From an uncultured delta proteobacterium (lineage in GTDB: Bacteria > Desulfobacterota > Desulfobacteria > Desulfobacterales > QNYZ01): a DNA stretch of 64,000 nt. The position numbers were made by a program, and so were the translations under genes. How positions within the stretch are numbered: position 1 is the first letter of the stretch; each line of letters starts with the position of its first letter. Under the pieces are notes generated by a model that had not been told where the DNA came from, made no database searches, and saw nothing but the letters and a program-made list of their open reading frames with translations. Shown in pieces: positions 1 to 9,286 of the stretch. The stretch spans positions 992,001-1,056,000 of the forward strand of contig CAWJQU010000005.1 in NCBI GenBank assembly GCA_963845145.1. The letters run 5' to 3'.

Positions 1-237
1 TTTAATTTTTATTTTTTCTGATAAGGGACTACTTTCGGATTGTTCCAAGGAATCCAGCCCGGGGAAGTCCAACTCGGGTTCCGATAATAAAGGCTCCGGC
101 TCCGGCGTTACCGGCGATGGTCGATGGGCATTGATGATTTCTCCGCAGGACTTACATTTAAATTTAACCGCGTTTTTTGCCAGCTGATCAAAATCGAGCT
201 TATACTTCTTACCGCATTGCTCACAGGTCGTGATCAT
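1..237 (-). CDS. Zinc-ribbon (MJ0042-type finger) domain protein, 5' part only; runs off the window
   Basis: Not in ORF track. Manual translation from ATG at 237: MITTCEQCGKKYKLDFDQLAKNAVKFKCKSCGEII... (CxxC-x19-CxxC), then a Pro/Glu linker; open to base 1; AAGGA RBS upstream. Confidence 0.8.
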   Translation of the reverse strand, partial: MITTCEQCGKKYKLDFDQLAKNAVKFKCKSCGEIINAHRPSPVTPEPEPLLSEPELDFPGLDSLEQSESSPLSEKIKIK

Positions 238-669
238 TTTCACAGTCCTTTCATAATAAATGTGGGTAGAGGGGCTATTTGACCAACGCTCTCACGATGA
301 ATAACGCCTCTCATCAATACACCAAGCACTACCAGATATTGCTGATTCATCACATAAGCGGGAAAGCAAATCATTCTTTAACCCGCGGGATGTGTTTCGA
401 TCTATTTTAACTATGTAATTACAGAGTCATTTTCTATGGTAAAAATGCGCTCCCAGTGTTTTCGTAAGCGTGAACCAACCGCTATGCCCGACAAGGAATT
501 CCCCAAATATGGCCGCTGTCGTAAAAAATATTAATGATATCAAAAACTTGAAGAATGGCAGCGGCGATATCAAAATCTATGAAATCGTTTTTAGAGCGAT
601 ATCTTATTTATTCATAACCTGTCTAAAATTTCCGTGAATTACTCAAATCAAATAACGAAGGTTAGTATT

Positions 670-686
670 AGCAATAAAGGTGCCAA
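670..686 (-). promoter_or_regulatory. Sigma54 -24/-12 promoter motif
   Basis: Minus strand TTGGCACCTTTATTGCT, a match to TGGCAC-N5-TTGCW, pointing toward the zinc-ribbon gene. Confidence 0.75.
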
Positions 687-865
687 TGGTTTCTAGGAAA
701 GGTGGCCGCGATAGAAATTTCTTGAATTAAAGATACTTTGGAGATTATTCTTTATTGCGGAATGGGTGACGATATTACTTTAACCAAAACCGACGAGGGG
801 TTTTTATGGGAAAATTCCTTGATTTCGTAATCCGGAAAAGGTCATGGCGCACTGAAGATTAAATG

Positions 866-1069
866 TCACTGTTCCTTTTTTCTTATTAAGGTGACACTCT
901 CACCCCCAATACCCCAATTATCTGTGTCCACCTCGTCGATAACAACGACGGTAGTGGCGGGGTTTTTCCCCAGAACACTTACCAATAAACCCGTAACCCC
1001 TTTTATCAGTTCGGCTTTTTGTTCCGGCGAGGCCCCTTCTTTGGTAATTTTAATGTTTACATAGGGCAT
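866..1069 (-). CDS. 4-oxalocrotonate tautomerase family protein
   Basis: 67 aa; N-terminal Pro (MPYVNIK), EQKAELI..T and NWGIGG motifs. Confidence 0.9.
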   Translation of the reverse strand: MPYVNIKITKEGASPEQKAELIKGVTGLLVSVLGKNPATTVVVIDEVDTDNWGIGGESVTLIRKKEQ

Positions 1070-1082
1070 ATTGTCTCCTCTA

Positions 1083-2360
1083 TTAACCTTGCGCGGGAAG
1101 CACCAGACAGTCGGCCACCAGCTCCCAGAGATACTTTACTTCCAGATCAGCCTGATTATGATCTTGCTTAACGGCGTTTAGTTGACCATGGCAGCTATGG
1201 CAGGGCACCACAATCGTATCAGCCCCGGTGGTCCGTATCTGATCGAATTTACGCCGGGCGTAGAAAGTGCGCTCTTCGTTATAGCCTGTTACCAACGCGC
1301 CGCCGCCGCCACCACAGCAGACTTGATTTAGCTGGTGGGGGTAAAGATCGATCCAGTTTTCCAGGCACTGGTCAAGAATCCAGCGCGGCTCGTCAAAATA
1401 GCCATGGCCGAATCGTTTTTGCGCCTGCCGGCCATAATTACAAGGATCATGGTAGGTAGCCGTACCGCTTATGCGCGATCGATCCAGTTGAATGCGGCCT
1501 GTTTTTATATAGTCGATGAGCAGGTCAAAAACGGTTACAAAAGTATATTTATCAAATGCTTCGGGGAAATATTTTTCGAAACCCGACCGGGTCGCCAAAT
1601 AGGCGTGGCCTCATTCCGGCCAGAGTAAGGTGCTGACCTCCAACCGTTCCATCTGTTCGTAGATTCTGCCGGCCATGATTTTCATGGCGTCGTCGTCACC
1701 GGTAAAATACCCCCAGCTGGTCCCTTCCCAATTCTCGGACGGAACTGTCCAGCTTTCACCGGCCACGTGAAAAATTTTCCACCAATGTTTCAGGTCGTCG
1801 GTATGGGTGTTGACCAGTTTATTATGAATCGTACAGAGAATTTTAGCGCCCTTTTTATCGATGGGGGCCTTAAATCCCTCAAAACCGGGTTCTTCCGCGA
1901 CCTCTTCCGCCACGTCTTCAATGATAAATTCGTAATCTTCTTTGGGTAGTCGAAGATTATTTCCGGTCTCCAGCGCTGCCGTCAAACCTTGATGGAGGTG
2001 ACCGGGAACCGTCTCCCGATCGCGTTGGGCGCGGGTGTGGCGGACTAAAGCCGGAATATTGATTTCCATGGGGCACACATTTTCGCATTTTCCGCACATG
2101 GTGCAGATCCACGGCCAACGGGATTCAACGGCATGATTTTCCAATCCTAAAGAAATCAGTCGAATGAGTTTGCGGGGGTCGAAATTGTCCACACCGGATA
2201 CGGGGCATGCACTGGCACACAGGCCGCAGGTGATACAAAAATCCTGCGAAAAGGGTAGCGGTCGGGAAAGGCGGTGATTAATGTTACCCATATCAATCGG
2301 TTCAGGGTCAATCGGTTTCGGATCAATCGTTCCGGTGTTCTTATGGGACGCTTCAGTCAT
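1083..2360 (-). CDS. HdrC/HdrD (GlpC-like) Fe-S oxidoreductase with CCG domains; selenoprotein (UGA at 1611-1613)
   Basis: ORFs 1611-2360 and 1083-1598 are in the same frame, joined by one TGA: LLWPE-U-GHAYLATR, where the family has ECGH. Two CxxCxxCxxxCP motifs, then YHDPC, CCGGGG and PCHSC; hairpin after the UGA. Confidence 0.88.
1578..1613 (-). promoter_or_regulatory. Candidate bacterial SECIS element
   Basis: mRNA UGA GGCCACGCCUAUUUGGC GACCC-GGUC-GGGUU; a G-initiated apical loop 22 nt after the UGA. Confidence 0.65.
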
Positions 2361-2436
2361 CTTATTTGCCTTTTTTAACCATTATCCGGTTGGCCCAGCC
2401 GGTTGGCCGGAATCATCGGGCCGGTCGGGTTTACCA

Positions 2437-4044
2437 TCATCTGTTTGGACCCAGAGCGTTAATCTTATTCGCAAAACGGTGGGTTAGTTCAGCGAATTCA
2501 GTTCCCATATTAGAAGCGAGCGTATTAATTTCTACTCGATCGGTTTCATAACCGATAGTAGCCAAACGGTCTTTGAAGTGTAAAACCCGCTTTTTGGCAT
2601 GGTTATTCCCTTGGCTTGAATGGCAGTTCCCCTCGTGGCAGGTCAGTACGAGGACACCATCGGCCCCCAGTCGAAAGCCTGAAAAAATATGCTCAACAGA
2701 TAGGCCGCCGGCACAGGGAACCTCTACAAGCTTTAACCCCGGAGGGAGATTGATTCCCATCAAGGAGGCCTGGTTGGCCGCCTGGCTTGCTGAACGACTA
2801 CAGCAAAACGCCACGATATTGGAGAACGTTTTACCAGAAAGGATTTTGGCCGGTGATTCGATCCGAGCGGCTATCTCCTTTTGGTTTAACCCCGGAATCG
2901 TAATGGCGTGCTGGGGGCACTCTGCCGCACAGATACCGCACCGTTCGCAGTCCTGCGGGATAACCGTTGGGTAGGCATCAAGGAAAATTGCCCTGTACGG
3001 ACAAAGCCTGTGACAGGTTAGACAACGTACACAAGCCCCTGTATCGATTGTCGCTTTATTTTCGAATTGGTGTGGATCGGGTATTCCCTTGGCGGTGATG
3101 TCCAGCGCGGCATTGATTGCATCGCCGAGTTGATCATCCGATCCCAAAATTTTTCGGGACGGTCCGATAACCAAAATACGATGACGATTGGTTCGCACCG
3201 TCTGCCGATGAACATTATCGGCCTGGACAAACCCGCCGGCATCCATCTCCAGACACAGGGCAGCGGCCATGCCGTTCGCTATTTTTCCGGACGGCAGAAT
3301 GGTTTCATCAACAACGGTGATCGTCGGCGTCAGCGTAAAAGGCAGTCCAGTGATTTCGTCAGTGAACGCGATGACGACGGCGTTGTCAATTTGACGAACG
3401 TCGGGGATGGTGTCGGTAAATTTAATATACACTGTTCCGGCCTGTTTACTTTCCCGGTACAATGCCTCCAGGCCGTCGCCGGCAACCTTCAGGTTTTTTG
3501 TCAGAACATAGGTTTGAACAGCTTTTTTATTTTGTGGGGTATCGGTCTGGAGATGAAGGGCGGTGTTCATCACCTCCGCGGCAATAACGGGATTGCTCTC
3601 GGCGAACAGGCCGGTTAAAAAGACGATGGTCGTGGTACCGTTCGGATTTTTTATTTCTTGGAAAACCCCATCTGCCTGGCCGGCCATTCGGGAGAGCGGT
3701 ACGACGTGATTTGCCGGCCTCAGGTGATTCAGGGCGTAATTGGCTTCTCTTTGTTCCGGTTCAGCCACGACAATATTGGCAACAGATCGGGATAAGGTTT
3801 TGCCGCCGTTAGTGAGATCAATGCGGAAGTGTTCATTCTCCTGACGGCAGGCACGAATATGGGTATTGGTCAGCACTTCTACCAGGGAGCTGCTACCCCT
3901 CCCTGATCCGATTTCGACGGGGAAGGAATCGGCGTCTGTCACGATAAGTAATCGGGTATCGCCGGCGGCAGCCAATTCGGTGACCACCCGCTCAGCGCAA
4001 ACACCGGTGCCGATAATCAGGGTTGTTTCCATCGGGGTGTTCAC
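2437..4044 (-). CDS. HdrA-like flavoprotein fused to a 2x[4Fe-4S] ferredoxin and an MvhD/FlxD domain (QmoB-like architecture)
   Basis: N-terminal IIGTG Rossmann motif; CVRCLTCHRLCP and CERCGICAAECP; C-terminal MvhD motifs FCC, VPCAG, GADGVLVLTCHEGNCH. Confidence 0.85.
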   Translation of the reverse strand: MNTPMETTLIIGTGVCAERVVTELAAAGDTRLLIVTDADSFPVEIGSGRGSSSLVEVLTNTHIRACRQENEHFRIDLTNGGKTLSRSVANIVVAEPEQREANYALNHLRPANHVVPLSRMAGQADGVFQEIKNPNGTTTIVFLTGLFAESNPVIAAEVMNTALHLQTDTPQNKKAVQTYVLTKNLKVAGDGLEALYRESKQAGTVYIKFTDTIPDVRQIDNAVVIAFTDEITGLPFTLTPTITVVDETILPSGKIANGMAAALCLEMDAGGFVQADNVHRQTVRTNRHRILVIGPSRKILGSDDQLGDAINAALDITAKGIPDPHQFENKATIDTGACVRCLTCHRLCPYRAIFLDAYPTVIPQDCERCGICAAECPQHAITIPGLNQKEIAARIESPAKILSGKTFSNIVAFCCSRSASQAANQASLMGINLPPGLKLVEVPCAGGLSVEHIFSGFRLGADGVLVLTCHEGNCHSSQGNNHAKKRVLHFKDRLATIGYETDRVEINTLASNMGTEFAELTHRFANKINALGPNR

Positions 4045-5288
4045 ATTTCCTCCTGTTTATCGCTTCCGATATATTTCAGGGTCTGCCAGGCGACGCGACC
4101 GGCATCGGCAATGCTTTCGGCAATACCCATGGGTCCTTTGGCCGATCCGGCGATGAAGACCCCCGCATCGGAAGAGGGCGGCTCAACGGCTGTTTTTTTG
4201 AAAAAGCCTGTATCGGCCAAGGTCAGATCCAACCGGTCAGCCAGTGTGTCCGCATCCTCACAGGGGGTCATACCGACCGAGAGAACGACCAGGTCGAATG
4301 TCTCATCGGTGCTTTGGTGGGTGCTGCTGTCCGCAAAAATGACTTTCAATCGATCTTTATCGGTGGCATAAATATCACCGGGAATCGATCGAACCATTTG
4401 AATATCGTTTTGGATGAGGGGGTAGAATCTGTTGAAGTCTTTACCGAAAGTTTGCACATCAATATAGAAAAAGGCAATGGCCGTATCGGCTTTTTTAGAT
4501 TTAACCAAACGGGCCATTCGCAATGCGGAGCCGCAGCAAACCCGGGAGCACCACAGGTGACCCAATTTCGCATCCCGGCTACCGACACATTGTATAAATG
4601 CAATGCGTTGTGGCTCGGTCCCATCCGATGGTCTTTTCACCCGGCCCGAACGTCTTAGCATCCGTTCCAACTCTAGACTGGTCACCACGTTGGGAAAGGT
4701 TTTGTATCCATAGGGTTTGCTGATGGGATCAAACGGTGTAAAGCCGGTAGCCACAATCACGGCATCGGAATCAATTTCAATGAGGGTTGATTTTTTATCA
4801 AGATCGATGGCTTCTTCAGGACAGACATCCTGACAGACCGTGCAACTTCCATCCTGGATATAGCGACAATTGTTTTCATTCAAGGCAAAAAAGGGGTGTT
4901 GGTGGCCGGAAAAGCCGCTGATGACCGCTCCCTCGGCAGGGCATTTGTCCCGGCAGAGGCCACACCCGGTGCATTTTTGCGGGTCTATATAAGCCGCCTT
5001 TTGGTCGATGATCGCCTTGAATCGATCCTCTTTCACTATCTCGTGAAGTCGACCGCCGGTGGAAAGGGTGATGTTGGGGTTCGCCACTGCTTGAGAAAGT
5101 TTTTCTTCCACCATGCAAGCGCCGCATTTAACACACTGGTCGGTTGCTTTACAGGTGTATTGGATGGCATGGCCGCCGGGAAAGTCAGATTTTTCCACAA
5201 TTTCAACCTCAATGCCCAATGCGGCCAATTCAGACGCTACCGTAAGCCCGGCGACACCGCTGCCGATAACAAGAACCTTATTCGCCAT
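4041..5288 (-). CDS. Heterodisulfide reductase subunit A-like FAD/Fe-S protein
   Basis: VIGSGVAG, ferredoxin insert CTGCGLCRDKCP, VATGF, IQCVGSRD..WCSRVCC, FDLVVLSVG, GVFIAG. Confidence 0.88.
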   Translation of the reverse strand: MANKVLVIGSGVAGLTVASELAALGIEVEIVEKSDFPGGHAIQYTCKATDQCVKCGACMVEEKLSQAVANPNITLSTGGRLHEIVKEDRFKAIIDQKAAYIDPQKCTGCGLCRDKCPAEGAVISGFSGHQHPFFALNENNCRYIQDGSCTVCQDVCPEEAIDLDKKSTLIEIDSDAVIVATGFTPFDPISKPYGYKTFPNVVTSLELERMLRRSGRVKRPSDGTEPQRIAFIQCVGSRDAKLGHLWCSRVCCGSALRMARLVKSKKADTAIAFFYIDVQTFGKDFNRFYPLIQNDIQMVRSIPGDIYATDKDRLKVIFADSSTHQSTDETFDLVVLSVGMTPCEDADTLADRLDLTLADTGFFKKTAVEPPSSDAGVFIAGSAKGPMGIAESIADAGRVAWQTLKYIGSDKQEEM

Positions 5289-5336
5289 CTTGTGCCTACC
5301 TTGGTGTGATGTATTCGTTATGATAAAAGGGAATTA

Positions 5337-5852
5337 TTATTTCTGTTTCGCTTCAAATCTTTCAACGATTTCCTTTATTTCACTCTCGATAAAATTCGCA
5401 TATTCTTGGGCCGATTCCGCTGTCATTGAACCGATATCATCAATCAAATCCTCAATCTCTTTTTCATCAATACCGGTTGTTTTGTTGATCATAAAGGTGT
5501 CAACCTCTCCGCCTTTCGGCAGCCGGCCGCACCCTCCCGCTGTTCCGACGAATTCGTCTTTAACAAAAATAGGGACAACGATTTTCAGTATCCCGGCATC
5601 GCACGCTTCAACAACCGGTTTGCTGGATTTTTTTGCTTGGGAGGCCATGTTCATATGCGCGACGGCACAGATATAAGGCCCGCCCTTTTCATTTGATTTG
5701 ATGGCTGGGCAGATGCGGTTCGACCATTTCACATAATCGGTTATTCGGGTGCCTTCCATATCAAAGGTTACCGATTGCACTTGGCACTTTTCGATTATCT
5801 TTTTTTCCAGTTCAACCCACTTTTCCAGGGGCTGAATGTCTGTCAATTTCAT
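5337..5852 (-). CDS. Stand-alone PocR ligand-binding domain protein
   Basis: Three-Cys PocR pattern (NRICPAIK, YICA, ACDAG..KIVVPI..EFVG); no output domain. Confidence 0.8.
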   Translation of the reverse strand: MKLTDIQPLEKWVELEKKIIEKCQVQSVTFDMEGTRITDYVKWSNRICPAIKSNEKGGPYICAVAHMNMASQAKKSSKPVVEACDAGILKIVVPIFVKDEFVGTAGGCGRLPKGGEVDTFMINKTTGIDEKEIEDLIDDIGSMTAESAQEYANFIESEIKEIVERFEAKQK

Positions 5853-6019
5853 AGTATCTCCTTGTGAATGTTCCGAAAGAATTTTTTTTATTTTATCGAC
5901 GACGGATCGATCGCGTCGTAACGTATTTTTAATCGGGGCGGGAAGGCCCCCCTCTTTTAAAGAGCGGAAGCAAATTTTTCCATTTCACCCTTATATCAAT
6001 GAGTATTGTTTCGCAATGG

Positions 6020-6166
6020 TCATGGATCGTATAACCTAGATTGTGGCAAAATTGGATTGTACGTTAAAATGGAATTTACCTCGATAGTTTTTCTTCCCAC
6101 CTCTGCGTGTCTTCTGGTATCCACGAAAGTACTTACCTCAATGGTGCTAGGGTCAAGTTCGCTCAA
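6020..6166 (-). pseudogene. 48-aa ORF with a TusA-like N-terminus (probable remnant)
   Basis: AAGGAGG RBS, TTG start, MSELDPSTIEVSTFVDTR then unrelated sequence and TGA. Confidence 0.4.
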
Positions 6167-6220
6167 TATAGCCTCCTTTTCGAATGATTGGGTTATGGTC
6201 CTCTACCTGTAGTCTAAATT

Positions 6221-6469
6221 TTAAGGTTCAATGATATTTTTCTTTAGTAGAATTCGACACAATTTTCTCTGATCATTGAGACTAACCCTGTGATATTGGC
6301 CATTGGCATCCAACACTTGGAAAAGATACTTTCGTGTATCTTGATCGGTCGTTAAAATTTCCAGATGTTCGCCGGGTTTCATTCCACGAAGCGCTTGGGT
6401 TACTTTTAAAAGAGTAAACGGGGCGATTATATCCCGAAGATCCAATGTATAGTCTATTTCATTCTTCAA
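6221..6469 (-). CDS. TusA/SirA family protein lacking the CPxP cysteine
   Basis: TLDLRDIIAPFTLLKV..MKPGEHLEILTTD fold signature; Ala at the catalytic Cys position. Confidence 0.78.
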   Translation of the reverse strand: MKNEIDYTLDLRDIIAPFTLLKVTQALRGMKPGEHLEILTTDQDTRKYLFQVLDANGQYHRVSLNDQRKLCRILLKKNIIEP

Positions 6470-6570
6470 CGACCCACCTAAAATGGTATGTATTTAGATA
6501 AATATGAGCGCTGATAGGCCCAACCTGCTACTATTGTGGTGGGACCAAATGAAATTCGGTATTTATACAG

Positions 6571-6587
6571 AGCAAAGTTGATGCCAA
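6571..6587 (-). promoter_or_regulatory. Sigma54 -24/-12 promoter of the tusA-pocR-hdr operon
   Basis: Minus strand TTGGCATCAACTTTGCT (GG-N10-GC), about 100 bp upstream of tusA and divergent from a sigma54 activator. Confidence 0.8.
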
Positions 6588-6775
6588 ATCAAAAATCGAT
6601 TTTCCTACCGAAATATGTGTGGACCCTTTTTGGGGCTGGCCCATTATTTAGGTGAAATCTATCGTGCGGTGTATGAATGAATTGAGGTGATCGTCTCGTC
6701 ACACACTTGTTAAAAAAGTGTTCAAGTGTTAAGAAATTGATTTAACAAATGTTAAAAATTAAACAGGAAGAATAG

Positions 6776-8155
6776 ATGTTAGCCAATGAACTAAACACCT
6801 TTTGGAAAACCGTCGTGGACACCATCCAGGATGGGATTATGATTGTGGATATTGATGGTACCATTGTTTCCATTAACAAGGCGTTTGAAAAAATAACCGG
6901 TTATAATCAGACTGAAATTATAGGTAAATCATGTGTCAAACTGAACTGCACCACCTGTGAAATTGCCCGTGAAAGGGGAAATGAGCACTGGTGTGCTCTA
7001 TTTCGGTCTGAGAAGATAAATATGCGCGAATGCCTGATTAAAAGGCAAGATGGTCGTCATGTCCAAGTGCTCAAAAATGCCTCTTTGCTGAAAGATGCTC
7101 GAGGGCAGACAATCGGGGCGGTGGAAACCCTAACTGATATATCCGAACTGATCTTCAAGGACACCCAGATTGAAGCTTTTCGTCGGGAACTGCGCGAGGA
7201 AAATCGTTTTTCCGGTATTATCGGCGCCTCCAGCCAGATGCAGCAAGTATTTGATTTAATAATTAATGCTGCGCGTTCCGACGCGCCCGTCATCATTTTT
7301 GGGGAAAGTGGTGCCGGAAAAGAGCTTGTTGCGCGAGCTATCCATGAAAATGGAGAAAGAAAGCGCAAACCATATATCAAGGTGAATTGCGCCGCATTGA
7401 ATGAAAACTTGCTCGAAAGTGAGCTGTTCGGGCACGTCAAGGGTGCCTTTACAAGTGCCTACCAGGATAGAAAAGGTCGATTTGAAGCTGCTCGGGGTGG
7501 GGATATTTTTCTCGATGAAATCGGTGAGTTACCCTTGACGACCCAGGTGAAGTTACTGCGTGTTCTGGAAGAAAAAGTGGTTGAACGGGTGGGCGCCAAC
7601 CAGCCCATCCCCATCAATGTACGGATTATTACCGCCACCAACCGAAATCTTGAGCCGATGATTAAATCGGGTGCTTTCAGGGATGATCTATTTTACCGCA
7701 TTAATGTTATTCCCATTAGCATTCCGCCGTTAAGGGAGCGTAAAGGCGATATTCCGCTTCTTGCTGAATCATTTTTTAGGCGGATTCAGCTAAAAAGCAC
7801 TAAAAGTATTCAAAGAATAAGCAATGAGGCCATGGAGACCCTTGTAAAATATTCCTGGCCGGGGAATGTCCGGGAGCTAAAGAGCGCATTTGAGTACGCC
7901 TTTGTTACCTGCCGGGAAGAGATGATCCGATCCAGAGATCTACCACCCAGCATTGTAAGTGAAACCATAGAAAATCAAGGTGTTATGGGATTGATTTCTG
8001 TGAATAGGGCAGAAACAAAAAAAAATCAGTTACTACATGCCTTAAAGCAGACCGGTGGAAATCAATCCCAGGCGGCTCAAGTCCTCGGTGTTTCGAGAGT
8101 GACCGTTTGGAACCGTATGAAACGCTATGGGATCAAAATCAATTATACGACTTGA
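6776..8155 (+). CDS. PAS-domain sigma54-dependent (Fis-family) transcriptional activator
   Basis: PAS, GESGAGKE, ELFGHVKGAFTSA, FLDEIGE, WPGNVREL, C-terminal HTH. Confidence 0.95.
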   Translation: MLANELNTFWKTVVDTIQDGIMIVDIDGTIVSINKAFEKITGYNQTEIIGKSCVKLNCTTCEIARERGNEHWCALFRSEKINMRECLIKRQDGRHVQVLKNASLLKDARGQTIGAVETLTDISELIFKDTQIEAFRRELREENRFSGIIGASSQMQQVFDLIINAARSDAPVIIFGESGAGKELVARAIHENGERKRKPYIKVNCAALNENLLESELFGHVKGAFTSAYQDRKGRFEAARGGDIFLDEIGELPLTTQVKLLRVLEEKVVERVGANQPIPINVRIITATNRNLEPMIKSGAFRDDLFYRINVIPISIPPLRERKGDIPLLAESFFRRIQLKSTKSIQRISNEAMETLVKYSWPGNVRELKSAFEYAFVTCREEMIRSRDLPPSIVSETIENQGVMGLISVNRAETKKNQLLHALKQTGGNQSQAAQVLGVSRVTVWNRMKRYGIKINYTT

Positions 8156-8395
8156 TTCGGGTCCTGAACTATCGCTGAATAAAAGCGATGGTTAATCGTA
8201 GTCCGGCATGGTTATTGCTTAATTCGTTACCGAATGGCTCATTGTATTACCTCCATTCGAGCTGTTTTACCTCAACCTCAGATGGGTCGCCCCATGGGAT
8301 TTTTTTCTCATGGGGTCGATCTATTTGTTCTTCCCGCCGGCCTGATATTTATAAATGTGCATCATTTATAGCGGTTTTAAAAACGTCTTTTTGCG

Positions 8396-9160
8396 TCACA
8401 TCTTATCAGACACCCAATTTATTTTTGAAGGGTCAAACCCATGCTCAATGGTCGGTTTAACGATGCTGAAATATGGCGAAACATCAAAATCACGCGGTGT
8501 AAAAAGAGTGTGGTGGCGAATGTGGAGGGTTTGTTTGTGGCAATTTCGACACGCAATGTCCCCGGTTTTTTTGGCAATCACCTGGGGCAGGATCGGGTAG
8601 CGTACGGTTTGAAATGCCTGTGCGATCAGTGAAGAACAAATGGCCCGGGTCGGATCGCCGCTACCGAGCGCCAGCAAGCGCCGGCGCCAGTGTGTGGGAA
8701 CAGGCGGGGTTTGAATAAGATATCGAGCCAGGTCAAAAATATTTTTAAGATCATACCGATGTCCTAGACGCGAGAGGGTATATTGAATCACCGCATCGAT
8801 CTCTTCGGGCTTCAAGCCAACCGGACGACAAATACGTGTGTGCAAAGCGCCATAGGCGTTCAAGGGTACCGCCCGGACCCCTTCGTTGACATCCGCTTCC
8901 ACCAATACCTTTGGCTCTTCAGATGGCGAAGGGCCAAGTGCATTGCCGATAAAAAGGGTCGCGTGGGACCAGCTGGACTGGGTAAGATATTTGATGGCCA
9001 TGCTGAAACCGCTGTTTCCATCAACCAGCAGCACGTCACCGGGTCGAAGGGCAGCTCGTAAATCATCCAGGGTACAGGTCGCAACCTGGGCGGTGCTTGT
9101 CCTGGGACGTGACAAGTGCCGGGCTAACCGTCGTCCGATGTTCCGGAAAACCGAGATCAT
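8396..9160 (-). CDS. YiiX/YebB-like permuted papain/NlpC-P60 family protein
   Basis: LRPGDVLL, SSWSHA, LGHRYD, ICSSLIAQAF motifs. Confidence 0.8.
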   Translation of the reverse strand: MISVFRNIGRRLARHLSRPRTSTAQVATCTLDDLRAALRPGDVLLVDGNSGFSMAIKYLTQSSWSHATLFIGNALGPSPSEEPKVLVEADVNEGVRAVPLNAYGALHTRICRPVGLKPEEIDAVIQYTLSRLGHRYDLKNIFDLARYLIQTPPVPTHWRRRLLALGSGDPTRAICSSLIAQAFQTVRYPILPQVIAKKTGDIACRNCHKQTLHIRHHTLFTPRDFDVSPYFSIVKPTIEHGFDPSKINWVSDKM

Positions 9161-9286
9161 ATCATTTGGACGCGGTGTGTGTGATTTAAGATTGAGGACG
9201 GACGGTATGGTGCCATTTTTTCGCTTAAAGTTCTATCTTTTAGTTGAGACGGAAAAAGTTCTCCATTTTTATAAATAGCCCGCTTG

